From Balneolia bacterium (GTDB lineage Bacteria > Bacteroidota > Rhodothermia > Balneolales > Cyclonatronaceae), in the NCBI GenBank assembly GCA_003555145.1, contig PWID01000176.1:1-50185 (forward strand): a stretch of 50,185 bases of DNA, written 5' to 3'. Shown one piece after another: positions 19,606-29,039 of the stretch. The notes beneath the pieces are model-generated. The model searched no databases. It was given only the letters and a program-made list of their open reading frames with translations, and had not been told where the DNA came from. Position numbers and translations under genes: made by a program. The stretch's first letter is position 1. Each line of letters begins with the position of its first letter.

Positions 19606-21198
19606 TTAGAAATCTATTGATAAAACCTCTGAATCCCTTATTACCATAATCGATAGTTTATCTTTGTATTCAGCCTCATCGATTTTCTCTTTAAGATGAT
19701 ATAAACCGGAAATACGTACTCCGTTAACAGAGAGAATGATGTCGTTAGCGCGCAGGCCTGCCCTGCGGGCTGCCGAGAAACGCCGTACATCAGAAACTTT
19801 GATCTGAATGCCTAGCTGGCGATGTGCTTCAATCTCTAGTATTTCTACAGTAAAACCCTGATCAAACTGAATACTTGCTGGTTCAGGAGATTGCTCTGTA
19901 TCGAACTCTGTATCAGGCTGATCTTCATAATCAAAATCCGATTCAATATCGGTATCATTTTCATTGGGTTCAGGTAGTTCCAAATCGAATTCCTGGAAAT
20001 TGTTGCTTCCTCCGGACCACTCACTAATAGCCTGATTACTAAGACCGGCCAGCTGAATTTGTTTTTGAAGTATTTCGCCGGACCTCCAGATTGTTACTTC
20101 AATTACATCATCAGGCCGGAACATGGCAACTCTCGCCTGAAGCTGGTTTGGTTCGTTAACTTCCATGTTATTAATGGTAAAGATAACGTCACCTGATTCA
20201 ATTCCATGATTTTCTGCCGCGCCTCCTGTAACCAATCCGGCGACTTCAACCCCCTGAATATTATCTAGGCCAAGCTCTCTTGCACGGCGCTGATCTACTT
20301 CAAGGATCTGAATTCCAAGATAGGCCCGCTGTACACTGCCGAACTCCATGAGATCACGGCCTATTTTGAATGCCATATTAATTGGAATAGCGAATCCATA
20401 TCCTTGATTCATTCCGCTTTCTGTGGCAATAGCTGTATTTATACCAATTAGTTCGCCATTGGTATTTACGAGAGCACCACCACTGTTGCCTTTGTTTATT
20501 GCAGCATCGGTTTGTATAAAGTTTTCGATTCGCATCTGATCGCGTATAATCTGAACATCCCTGCCGAGCGCGCTAACTATACCAGCTGTAATTGTAGAAC
20601 GCAAACGAAGAGGGTTCCCAACTGCCATCACCCAGTCTCCTACTTCGATGTAGTCGGAGTCACCAAGCACAATACTAGGCAGGTTCTCGCCTTCAATTTT
20701 TAAAACTGCCAAATCTGTTGAAGGATCACGTCCGATGATACGGGCATCAAACTGACGTTTGTCATGAAGCGTAACGCGTACACTGCGACCGCCTGCAACT
20801 ACATGATTGTTTGTAAGAATGAAACCATCATCAGATATAATAACACCGGAACCTACCGCGCTTGACCTTCCGCGAGGGCTGAACCGCTCCCAAAAGTCTT
20901 CCTCAAAATTGTGGTTGCCATCATCTGGAACGGCGTTTCTGGAAGAAACGGAAGTCTCAATGTAGACGACAGTAGGAACGACTTCCCTGGCTACATCACG
21001 TATAGAGAATGCGGGCATACTTCCGAAATCTCCGTTTGGTAAATCTGTAGGAGCAGCACTGCGCTTTACTTCGGTAACCTGAACCTCCGTTGGTATGAAG
21101 GGCGTCATCCCAGCCTGGTAAACCATGAATGCAGAACCGGCAACCATTCCAATGAGAATGAGAAGGACTCCTGTAAGAATTTTCTGATGTAATTTCAT
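19606..21198 (-). CDS. HtrA/DegP-DegQ family serine protease with two PDZ domains
   Basis: TNNHVV, DLAVLK and QTDAAINKGNSGGAL catalytic motifs; N-terminal anchor; two PDZ-like regions. Confidence 0.95.
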   Translation of the reverse strand: MKLHQKILTGVLLILIGMVAGSAFMVYQAGMTPFIPTEVQVTEVKRSAAPTDLPNGDFGSMPAFSIRDVAREVVPTVVYIETSVSSRNAVPDDGNHNFEEDFWERFSPRGRSSAVGSGVIISDDGFILTNNHVVAGGRSVRVTLHDKRQFDARIIGRDPSTDLAVLKIEGENLPSIVLGDSDYIEVGDWVMAVGNPLRLRSTITAGIVSALGRDVQIIRDQMRIENFIQTDAAINKGNSGGALVNTNGELIGINTAIATESGMNQGYGFAIPINMAFKIGRDLMEFGSVQRAYLGIQILEVDQRRARELGLDNIQGVEVAGLVTGGAAENHGIESGDVIFTINNMEVNEPNQLQARVAMFRPDDVIEVTIWRSGEILQKQIQLAGLSNQAISEWSGGSNNFQEFDLELPEPNENDTDIESDFDYEDQPDTEFDTEQSPEPASIQFDQGFTVEILEIEAHRQLGIQIKVSDVRRFSAARRAGLRANDIILSVNGVRISGLYHLKEKIDEAEYKDKLSIMVIRDSEVLSIDF

Positions 21199-21231
21199 TA
21201 TCGAGCGCAGCTTTAAGGGTCGGGAAATACT

Positions 21232-21972
21232 TTAGAGTATCTGTTCAAATATAGCGTCTGACTTGCGGTCTCTCACGCCATCAATATGATGCTTTAGATA
21301 AACATCTAAATGATAAATTAGCTGTTTTAATTCCTGAGCATCAATTTCCATTTTGGGGATTGCGGCTGTCTTCCCCGTTAGTGCGTAACGGAAATACTGT
21401 TGCTGTATAGGGGTCAATTTAAAAGATAGACCATCATCCGGAATATTCGACAGATTACCGGATTGAATATTCATAAATATTGAATATTCAGGATCCTTAA
21501 TACCGATACTTTCGTCGGTTTGAATTCCAACTCCGAGCAGCTCAGCAAGCCTGAGTTGTAAATAAGGGAATAAGTTTCGGGGTGATTCTTCCGTGTCGTT
21601 TAACCATTTAAGGAAGCGCTCTGTGAAGCCAAAAAGCTCATCATTTGGTTCGCCTTCCTGTATAACCTGCGATATAACCTCGAGGAGGGCCATCGCAATA
21701 GCAAGCTTTTTAAAATCACTTTGTGTTTTAACTGTGCCTATTCGCATTTCGGCATCTTTAATCGTCTGTACGCTTCTGCTCTCCTTGTAATAGTACACGA
21801 CATCAATCACTGAACCATAGGACATTATTCCGGGGTAGCGGCTTTTTTTTCGCTTAAAGCCACGAACAAGCACTGCCACTTTCCCATGTTCTCTGCTGAA
21901 TAACGTTATGATTTTGCTCGATTCCTTAAAATCAACAGACTTCAAAACTATAGCAGGTGATTCAGCAAGCAT
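21232..21972 (-). CDS. recO: DNA repair protein RecO
   Basis: AIVLKSVDFKESSKIITLFSREHGK N-terminal OB-fold signature. Confidence 0.92.
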   Translation of the reverse strand: MLAESPAIVLKSVDFKESSKIITLFSREHGKVAVLVRGFKRKKSRYPGIMSYGSVIDVVYYYKESRSVQTIKDAEMRIGTVKTQSDFKKLAIAMALLEVISQVIQEGEPNDELFGFTERFLKWLNDTEESPRNLFPYLQLRLAELLGVGIQTDESIGIKDPEYSIFMNIQSGNLSNIPDDGLSFKLTPIQQQYFRYALTGKTAAIPKMEIDAQELKQLIYHLDVYLKHHIDGVRDRKSDAIFEQIL

Positions 21973-22016
21973 GGGTAATCTAATAACTCATGAAGAGTAA
22001 ATATTGTAGCGCTGCA

Positions 22017-24533
22017 TCAGAAACGTATCCAGTCCCGGTCTTCAAGTATCTGAACAAGAGCAGGCAGAAACGTTACAGCAGCGAGAAGAGTCATTCCAAT
22101 ACCAATTACTGCCAGCAGTCCAATGGAATAAAGCCCCGGGTGCATGGTAAATAACAAGCCGGCAAAACCCAGCATGGTAGTAAATGAACCAACACTAATA
22201 TGCTGACCTGTGCTCGAAAGCACGTTCCACATGCTTTTAGGCCCCTCCTCTCTGTAACGACTAGCCAGGTGAACACCGTTGTCGTTTCCAATACCAAGAA
22301 TAGCAGGGAGTGTAACCAGATTATAAAAGTTGAAACTGAGCCCAAACAGAATCATTATAAAAAACAGCCAGCTTAATCCGACTACCAAAGGCAGCATGGA
22401 TATAATGGTCCATCGGAAAGATCGGAACGATAAATACATCATAATTAAGATCATGATGAAAGTGGCTATTACCATTACGAAACTTTCATCGTGCATCAAA
22501 TCAAGCATGGTTGCGGCCACTATACTTGTACTGGCACTATAAAACACCTCTCCCTGATCGGTTTCGATACGGCCAATCTCGTTTTTAAAGGCTATTGAAT
22601 TTCGCCCATCACCAAGACTTACGTTTGGGTAAATCATTACAAACTGGCCAATTTCTCCGTCACGCGTAACAAAACGCTGGGTAAGATAATCCGGCAGTCT
22701 CTCGAAGTCGAGTGGCTCGGTAGCTTGTGATGCGCGTCTGAGTCGATCCAGGTCTTCATCTTCCTGTTCGGCAAGAAACGGGTCATTAAGCAGAGCACGA
22801 ATATTCTCCAGCCTCCGCAGTTTGTGCTGCTCGGCCTGTTCGTTTATCGGGAAACGCTCCTGAAGTGCTTCTACATCTAGAATGAGCGATTCTTCCGCGT
22901 TATCTTCTTTAATCTGTCGAATGGCTGCAAGTATGCGATCAACCTCTTCGTAAGAATCGGCAACCACATAAGCCGGGTTTCTCCGCTGTGATGATGAACC
23001 CTCGGCCGGCCGGCTGAGATCACGAAACTGCTCATACTCAGCAAATTCAGGCTCCAGTACACCAAAATCGTACTCAAACTTGAGTTTGTCTGTGTTGAAA
23101 AGCACAAATACTATAATGATTGCGCCAACTGCTACAATGGTTCTGGCAAATGGATATCTTTTAGGCGCTTTTTTCACAAATCCAACATTGCCGTTGTTCT
23201 TATTAATGAGAATCCAGTTGAATCGCTCAAACAGCACTACGAATGCCGGAAGCAAATACATCATGCTCAAATAAGCCAGAATAATCCCTATCCCGGAAAT
23301 GAAACCGAACTCCGAAAACCCACGAAAGTCGGCATAAATAAGAACAAAAAGAGCTATGGCTGTGGTAATCGCGCTGGTCATAATTGCGCGTCCCGAAGAG
23401 TCATAGGTTTCATCCAATGACTCGTATACAGGTAAACCGGATGATCTTTTTTCGAGATATCGCGCGTAAAAGTGAATTCCGTAGTCAATCCCTAAGCCGA
23501 ACAGAATTACAAACAGCACGGATGTCATGGTATTGAGCGTACCCAGCGCGAAGTAGGTGATCCCAAATGTGATAGACAAACTTATAAGAAGAGGAATACC
23601 AATAAGAACTACAGGCACCAGCATTCGCTTAATATGGCTTAAGAATCCTTTCTTTCTTGTTTCTGCAGAACCTCGCTTATAGTTTATATATGTTTTCCAG
23701 AAGAAGTAAAGCATCACCAGAAGCAAAACGCTTCCGATACCGGTCGAAAAACTATTCAGTACATCATCCATAATGGAATCGATTTCCATCAGGTGCCTTT
23801 GCAAACGGCCCCCACCCATCACCACCATTTCCTCATGAAATGATGCAGGGTTCATTTCTTCAATGAGCTGATCATAATCTCTGAACAGATTTCTGAGGAA
23901 GGTAAGATCACTTCTCGAACCGGTTGGCGTAAAACGAAGCAGCATAGAGGTGCTGTCGGCGCTGATCGGGTATCTGTCCGGAATTAGCTCATTATATAAA
24001 TCCTGAAACGCCTGTCCGCCGGCAGCTTCTTCTTCATCATCGTCCCAATCATCCTCAAAATCAACGAAAAATGGATTGGCCTGTAATTTGGCTTCTTCAA
24101 TTTCGTCTTCAAGGAACAGCTCCAGCTCATCAAGCTCCCGATCAGTTGCAAGGTAGAGGGCGTAATCTTTTAGTACTTCTGTTTCTTTTGTGTATTCGTA
24201 ACGTGAGAAATATGGCTGACCTGTTCGCTGGTAAATCAATTCCATGCTGCGAGGAATAATTGCCTCGGCAAAAGCCCGGTTGGCTTCGAAACTTGGAGAG
24301 CTAATAACAACCTGCATTTCAGTTTCACCACCAACGCGCTCCTGAAGCTGGTCCAGAGCCTGTACGCTTGGATGAGATGGAGGCAACAAACTTGCAATAT
24401 CTGTATCGATTGCCATCCTTACCGCAAAAACAGACGAAACGGCCGCAATCACGAATGCAGCGAATATGGTAGATTTAGGGTGCCTGTAATTAAATCTTAA
24501 AACCGGCTTTAAGAAACTGAGAATGTAATCCAT
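22017..24533 (-). CDS. MMPL/RND-superfamily transporter
   Basis: Two TM bundles with GLGIDYGIH and GIGNDNGVH motifs and large periplasmic loops. Confidence 0.9.
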   Translation of the reverse strand: MDYILSFLKPVLRFNYRHPKSTIFAAFVIAAVSSVFAVRMAIDTDIASLLPPSHPSVQALDQLQERVGGETEMQVVISSPSFEANRAFAEAIIPRSMELIYQRTGQPYFSRYEYTKETEVLKDYALYLATDRELDELELFLEDEIEEAKLQANPFFVDFEDDWDDDEEEAAGGQAFQDLYNELIPDRYPISADSTSMLLRFTPTGSRSDLTFLRNLFRDYDQLIEEMNPASFHEEMVVMGGGRLQRHLMEIDSIMDDVLNSFSTGIGSVLLLVMLYFFWKTYINYKRGSAETRKKGFLSHIKRMLVPVVLIGIPLLISLSITFGITYFALGTLNTMTSVLFVILFGLGIDYGIHFYARYLEKRSSGLPVYESLDETYDSSGRAIMTSAITTAIALFVLIYADFRGFSEFGFISGIGIILAYLSMMYLLPAFVVLFERFNWILINKNNGNVGFVKKAPKRYPFARTIVAVGAIIIVFVLFNTDKLKFEYDFGVLEPEFAEYEQFRDLSRPAEGSSSQRRNPAYVVADSYEEVDRILAAIRQIKEDNAEESLILDVEALQERFPINEQAEQHKLRRLENIRALLNDPFLAEQEDEDLDRLRRASQATEPLDFERLPDYLTQRFVTRDGEIGQFVMIYPNVSLGDGRNSIAFKNEIGRIETDQGEVFYSASTSIVAATMLDLMHDESFVMVIATFIMILIMMYLSFRSFRWTIISMLPLVVGLSWLFFIMILFGLSFNFYNLVTLPAILGIGNDNGVHLASRYREEGPKSMWNVLSSTGQHISVGSFTTMLGFAGLLFTMHPGLYSIGLLAVIGIGMTLLAAVTFLPALVQILEDRDWIRF

Positions 24534-24730
24534 TAATGTACTGGGTTCAGAAATTCTGCTGAAATTATTTTATCTGTATATGCGAAATCAGGTCTGCAAT
24601 GCATTCACTTTTTCTTGAATTTGCATAAAATTAAAAGTAAGAAAGATTTAAGTGAATAACCGTAATTAGTTCATTCAGAACAGCTTATTGGTGATGTATT
24701 AATAGGGCAATCACTTACCTGATGCATTAT

Positions 24731-26722
24731 TCAAGTGTCACTTTTCATCATATCATCAAGAGTAGGAAACAGCTCATCTGCCGGAGTGCGTTCAAGTGAT
24801 GATTTTTTCCTGCTTAAGTCCATCAGCTCGGTGTATAGCTCTCTGCGCAAATCATCATCTGAAGTTTCAACCTGTCGCTTAATTCCTTCACTTTTACGAG
24901 TATAGAACGCACGGGTAACCGCTTTAAGTGCCCCTCTTGCCGTTGCAAATGGATCGGCGTCCCTGGTGATACGTGTTGTTCGGCGTTCATTGCCTTTTTC
25001 GGAAATCGAATGCTGCTCGATAAATATCTCACCAGTTAGTTCAGGAAACGGAGGATCCTGAGCCGTGTATTCTTCAATTGATACGGGGAGTTCGTCGTTA
25101 TATCTTTGGATGATGTCGTTATAAAACAGCCTTAACTCTTCATCTTCAAAATATTCGTGGGTGATAAGCTGACCCACATAATAAATCATTTCATCTCCAT
25201 GCTCGATCATGAGCCTGATAATTTCCTTTTCTGCAGGCGACTTTTTCTTTTTCGGAGTGATGTTTTGGCTCTGCCTGCTCCCCCCGTTTGTATCAGGTAT
25301 TCGCGGAAACTCGCCCCGACTGTATTCTTCGGCGGGTGGTGGGCTGTTTTCGTCGCGCTGCATTTGTCTGTACTCACGTTCTTTAGCGCGTTGCTGCTCC
25401 TGGGCAAAAGCCTGGGAATGGGAACCAAGTTCTGCTGTAAGTGCACGTTCACCTACACCTGAAAGCTTTCGGAGATGATCTACAAGCGTTGCCCGAAGTA
25501 CTGCATCTTTTACTTTTGCAATGGAAGCAAGTATTTGACTAACTACTTTCTTTCTGCCAAGCGGATCTTCCCACTCTCCCGCATCTTCGGCATGTGCTAC
25601 CATAAAAGAGATAAAATCCTTAGACTCTTTTTCAGTGTATTCCAAAAAGGACTCTGCTCCAAACTGTTGCACAAAAGAGTCGGGGTCTTCACCCTCCGGT
25701 AAGTGCATTAGTCGAACGTGCATATCGGCCTGTAAAGCAATATCAAGACCACGAATCATGGCGTTCTGCCCTGCACTGTCGGCATCGTAAACCATGAGCA
25801 TGTTTTGTGAGTAATTGCGAAGCCGTCTCATTTGCTCGGGGGTAACAGAGGTTCCGCTTGTGGCTACAACATTGTAAATACCGCTCTGCCAGAGAGAGAT
25901 TACATCCATATACCCTTCTACCAAAATACTCTGGTCGTTCTTTCTTATTTCATTGCGGGCCAGATGAATACCATACATTACTTCACTCTTATTGTAGACC
26001 TTTGTCTGTGGTGAGTTAAGGTATTTGGGCCCTTTTAAACCTTCCATAATTCTGCCGCCAAAGCCTATCACTTTACCGGAAGGATTAAAAATAGGAAACA
26101 TTAATCTGCCCCGAAAAGTATCGTAGGCTCTCTGATTCTTTTCGCTGTATTTTATCAGGCCGGCTTCAAACAGATAGGTCTCGTTAATGCCTTGCTCGGT
26201 TGCGTGAGAGAAGAAATGATCCATTCGGTCGTGGGCGAATCCAAGGCCCCATTTCCGTATGGTTTGTGTTTTAAGGCCGCGCTTACCAAGATAGTTACGG
26301 GCTTCTGCTGCCTCATCTTCGGCATTGAGCTGTTCATGATAGAACTGACCTGCAAAACGCAGGGCGTGATAGATGCCCTCGGTTAGCTGCGTACGCTCAT
26401 CAAATTCATCATCCTGCTCCTCATGTGGCAATTCGATATTATAGCGCTCTGCAACCGTTCTCATGGCTTCTACAAAACCGACGCCTTCCATTTTCATTAC
26501 GAAGTTAAAAACGTCTCCACCTTCTCCGCAGCCGAAGCATTTGAAAATTCCAAGACGAGGTGTAACGTGAAAAGATGGCGACTTTTCATTATGAAACGGA
26601 CATAAGCCCGTGAAGCCGCCACCAGCTTTTTTTAGCTTTACATAGTCTGAGACAACATCTACAATATCTGCAGCGTCGCGAATCTCTTCTTTCTTGGTAT
26701 CGGTAATTCTAGAACTTGCCAT
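24731..26722 (-). CDS. dnaG: DNA primase
   Basis: Zinc finger CPFH...CFGC, FRGRLMFPI, KYLNSP, TOPRIM VEGYMD, YDADSAG and EDPD. Confidence 0.97.
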   Translation of the reverse strand: MASSRITDTKKEEIRDAADIVDVVSDYVKLKKAGGGFTGLCPFHNEKSPSFHVTPRLGIFKCFGCGEGGDVFNFVMKMEGVGFVEAMRTVAERYNIELPHEEQDDEFDERTQLTEGIYHALRFAGQFYHEQLNAEDEAAEARNYLGKRGLKTQTIRKWGLGFAHDRMDHFFSHATEQGINETYLFEAGLIKYSEKNQRAYDTFRGRLMFPIFNPSGKVIGFGGRIMEGLKGPKYLNSPQTKVYNKSEVMYGIHLARNEIRKNDQSILVEGYMDVISLWQSGIYNVVATSGTSVTPEQMRRLRNYSQNMLMVYDADSAGQNAMIRGLDIALQADMHVRLMHLPEGEDPDSFVQQFGAESFLEYTEKESKDFISFMVAHAEDAGEWEDPLGRKKVVSQILASIAKVKDAVLRATLVDHLRKLSGVGERALTAELGSHSQAFAQEQQRAKEREYRQMQRDENSPPPAEEYSRGEFPRIPDTNGGSRQSQNITPKKKKSPAEKEIIRLMIEHGDEMIYYVGQLITHEYFEDEELRLFYNDIIQRYNDELPVSIEEYTAQDPPFPELTGEIFIEQHSISEKGNERRTTRITRDADPFATARGALKAVTRAFYTRKSEGIKRQVETSDDDLRRELYTELMDLSRKKSSLERTPADELFPTLDDMMKSDT

Positions 26723-26853
26723 AGGGCTTAAAATATCATAAAATCAGATGAGCTTTCAATACTTTGAACATCAATTTTCGCAGATGAATTGCTCATTTTG
26801 CTGCATCTTTTTTACTGGCAGTCAAAACGAGCTAATTTATACCTTATTGGCCC

Positions 26854-28041
26854 TTGAACTCTGTAACTTTCCCTGAAGTGTCTTCTGAAACCGGATCTTT
26901 TAATCCCGAAATCTACCGCAGCCATTTTCCCCACATAAACGATGGGGGTATTTACCTGAATCATGCCGCTCTTTCTCCACTCCCCTTGGCCGTAACTGAG
27001 GCTGTTACAGCTTCTTTGAAACGACGCCAACAAGGTGCGATAGACCACTTTGAAACGGAGTTCCCGATTATTGAGAACACCCGTTACCTTCTGAGTCAAC
27101 TTATTGGTGCAGATGGCGGGCATCAATTAGCATTTACACCTAACACAAGCTTTGCAATCAGTATTATTGCTCAGGGCATAGACTGGGAACCTGGTGATGA
27201 GGTACTTCTGTACGAGCGCGAGTTTCCCAGTAATGTCTACCCCTGGCTGCAGCTGAAGCCGAAAGGTGTAGAGGTTGCTTATTTGTCTGATGACCGAGGG
27301 AAGATCTCTGTTCCGCATGTTAAGTCTGCTCTTAAACGAAATACAAAAGTGCTAAGCATCAGTGCTGTTCAGTTTTTGAGCGGCTACCGGGCAGATCTGG
27401 CTGAAATTTCCAGTTTATGCAAAGCAAACGGAACAAAACTGGTAGTCGATGCCATACAGGCGCTCGGACACAGCCCCGTAAATGTTTCAAAACTAGGCAT
27501 TGATGCTCTTTGCTGTGGCGGCCATAAATGGCTTATGAGTCCGCAGGGAATCGGTTTTATGTATATGAGTGATGAGTTTCGGGATCAGATTAGTATCACA
27601 GCAAAGGGCTGGCTTTCTGTTGAAAACGTATGGGACTTATTCGATACTAATCAGTCTCTTCACCCAAACATGAACCGTTTTGAACCGGGCACTTACAACA
27701 TTCCCGCCATAACCGGAATGCACGAGGCCTTAACCATCATTCTTGAGGCCGGGGTGGAAAACATTCGCCGGCATGTACTTGAATTAACCGATTTTATTAT
27801 TTCTGAACTGATTAGAGCAGGACTTATGTTATATGGTACACATGAAGATGAAAACAGATCTGCAATTGTATCATTTATATTACCACCACATATCAACTCC
27901 GAGGATCTTGTTAGACAACTAGGGAATAAAAAGGTTTATGTTTCAGCAAGATCCGGACTTTTGCGGATTTCACCCTATTTTTATACTACGCGAAAAGAAA
28001 CAGAAAGAGCTGTTACGATCATTAAAAGACTCATCCAATAA
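26854..28041 (+). CDS. PLP-dependent class V aminotransferase-family enzyme (C-S lyase-like)
   Basis: YLNHAA, EFPSN, VDAIQALG, GGHKWL, RFEPGT and LRISP motifs. Confidence 0.88.
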   Translation: MNSVTFPEVSSETGSFNPEIYRSHFPHINDGGIYLNHAALSPLPLAVTEAVTASLKRRQQGAIDHFETEFPIIENTRYLLSQLIGADGGHQLAFTPNTSFAISIIAQGIDWEPGDEVLLYEREFPSNVYPWLQLKPKGVEVAYLSDDRGKISVPHVKSALKRNTKVLSISAVQFLSGYRADLAEISSLCKANGTKLVVDAIQALGHSPVNVSKLGIDALCCGGHKWLMSPQGIGFMYMSDEFRDQISITAKGWLSVENVWDLFDTNQSLHPNMNRFEPGTYNIPAITGMHEALTIILEAGVENIRRHVLELTDFIISELIRAGLMLYGTHEDENRSAIVSFILPPHINSEDLVRQLGNKKVYVSARSGLLRISPYFYTTRKETERAVTIIKRLIQ

Positions 28042-28049
28042 CGCGAACT

Positions 28050-28976
28050 ATGCTCAAGGAACCATTCAATCTGTTCAATGAAGTTAAGTTTGTTGTACAA
28101 GAAACGTTTAAACAATGGCTCGATGATAATATGATGCTGCATGCCGCCGGATTGGCATTCTATACGATATTTTCACTTGCACCTTTACTCATTATCATAA
28201 TTGCGGTAACCGGTTTCTTTTTTGGTGAGCAGGCTGCCAGTGGCCAATTAAGTCTTTTTATCGAAGGTGCTGTAGGCGAGGATATGGCTGCATCAGTGGA
28301 ATCTATTGTTTCTGGAGTAGCCCAGGGGGGACAAGGTACCCTTGCAACTATTCTAAGTACAGGTATTCTGCTTTTTGCAGCTACCACAGTTTTATCTCAG
28401 CTTAAAGAATCACTTAACATTGTTTGGAATGTAGACAAGTCCCTCAAACAGCCGGTTAAGATGTTTTTTATTAACAGGATGCTCGCCTTATTGCTCATTA
28501 TTCTGTTTTCCCTGGCTTTAATCGCAACCTTCATGATTTCAACGATAGTCTCATTTCTGGGACCATTCCTTGATGATATAATTCCAGGCGGTTTCGGATT
28601 CTACAATATCATTAATTCTGTATTCTTTCTGATCATTTCCACTCTTTTGTTTTCCTTTATTTACAAATTACTGCCCGATGTACGCGTAAAGTGGACCGAT
28701 GTACTTGTAGGTGCGTTTGTAACATCTATTCTGTTCCTGATTGGCCGTTCTGCGGTAACGTATTATCTCTCAAATGCAGCTACAACATCAACTTATGGTG
28801 CCGCAGGTTCTTTCGTAATTCTGCTTATTTGGGTCTATTATAACGTAATGATGATATTTGTGGGAGCAGAGTTCACCCAGATTTATACCAAACGTTATGG
28901 CTCAGAAGTAAGACCAGGCCGCTACCTTAGAAAGAATCCGGTACAAAAGAAAAAAGTAAAAGACATCACAACCTGA
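28050..28976 (+). CDS. YihY/BrkB family membrane protein
   Basis: AAGLAFYTIFSLAPLL, LNIVW and YGAAGSFVILLIWVYY...GAEF motifs. Confidence 0.93.
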   Translation: MLKEPFNLFNEVKFVVQETFKQWLDDNMMLHAAGLAFYTIFSLAPLLIIIIAVTGFFFGEQAASGQLSLFIEGAVGEDMAASVESIVSGVAQGGQGTLATILSTGILLFAATTVLSQLKESLNIVWNVDKSLKQPVKMFFINRMLALLLIILFSLALIATFMISTIVSFLGPFLDDIIPGGFGFYNIINSVFFLIISTLLFSFIYKLLPDVRVKWTDVLVGAFVTSILFLIGRSAVTYYLSNAATTSTYGAAGSFVILLIWVYYNVMMIFVGAEFTQIYTKRYGSEVRPGRYLRKNPVQKKKVKDITT

Positions 28977-28982
28977 TAAACA

Positions 28983-29018
28983 AAAAGGGTTCATTCTCAT
29001 TACTGAAAACGAACCCTT
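28983..29018. terminator. Probable terminator between convergent genes
   Basis: AAGGGTTC...GAACCCTT stem with a T run on the minus strand. Confidence 0.65.
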
Positions 29019-29039
29019 GAATAGAAACGCCAGCTTAGC

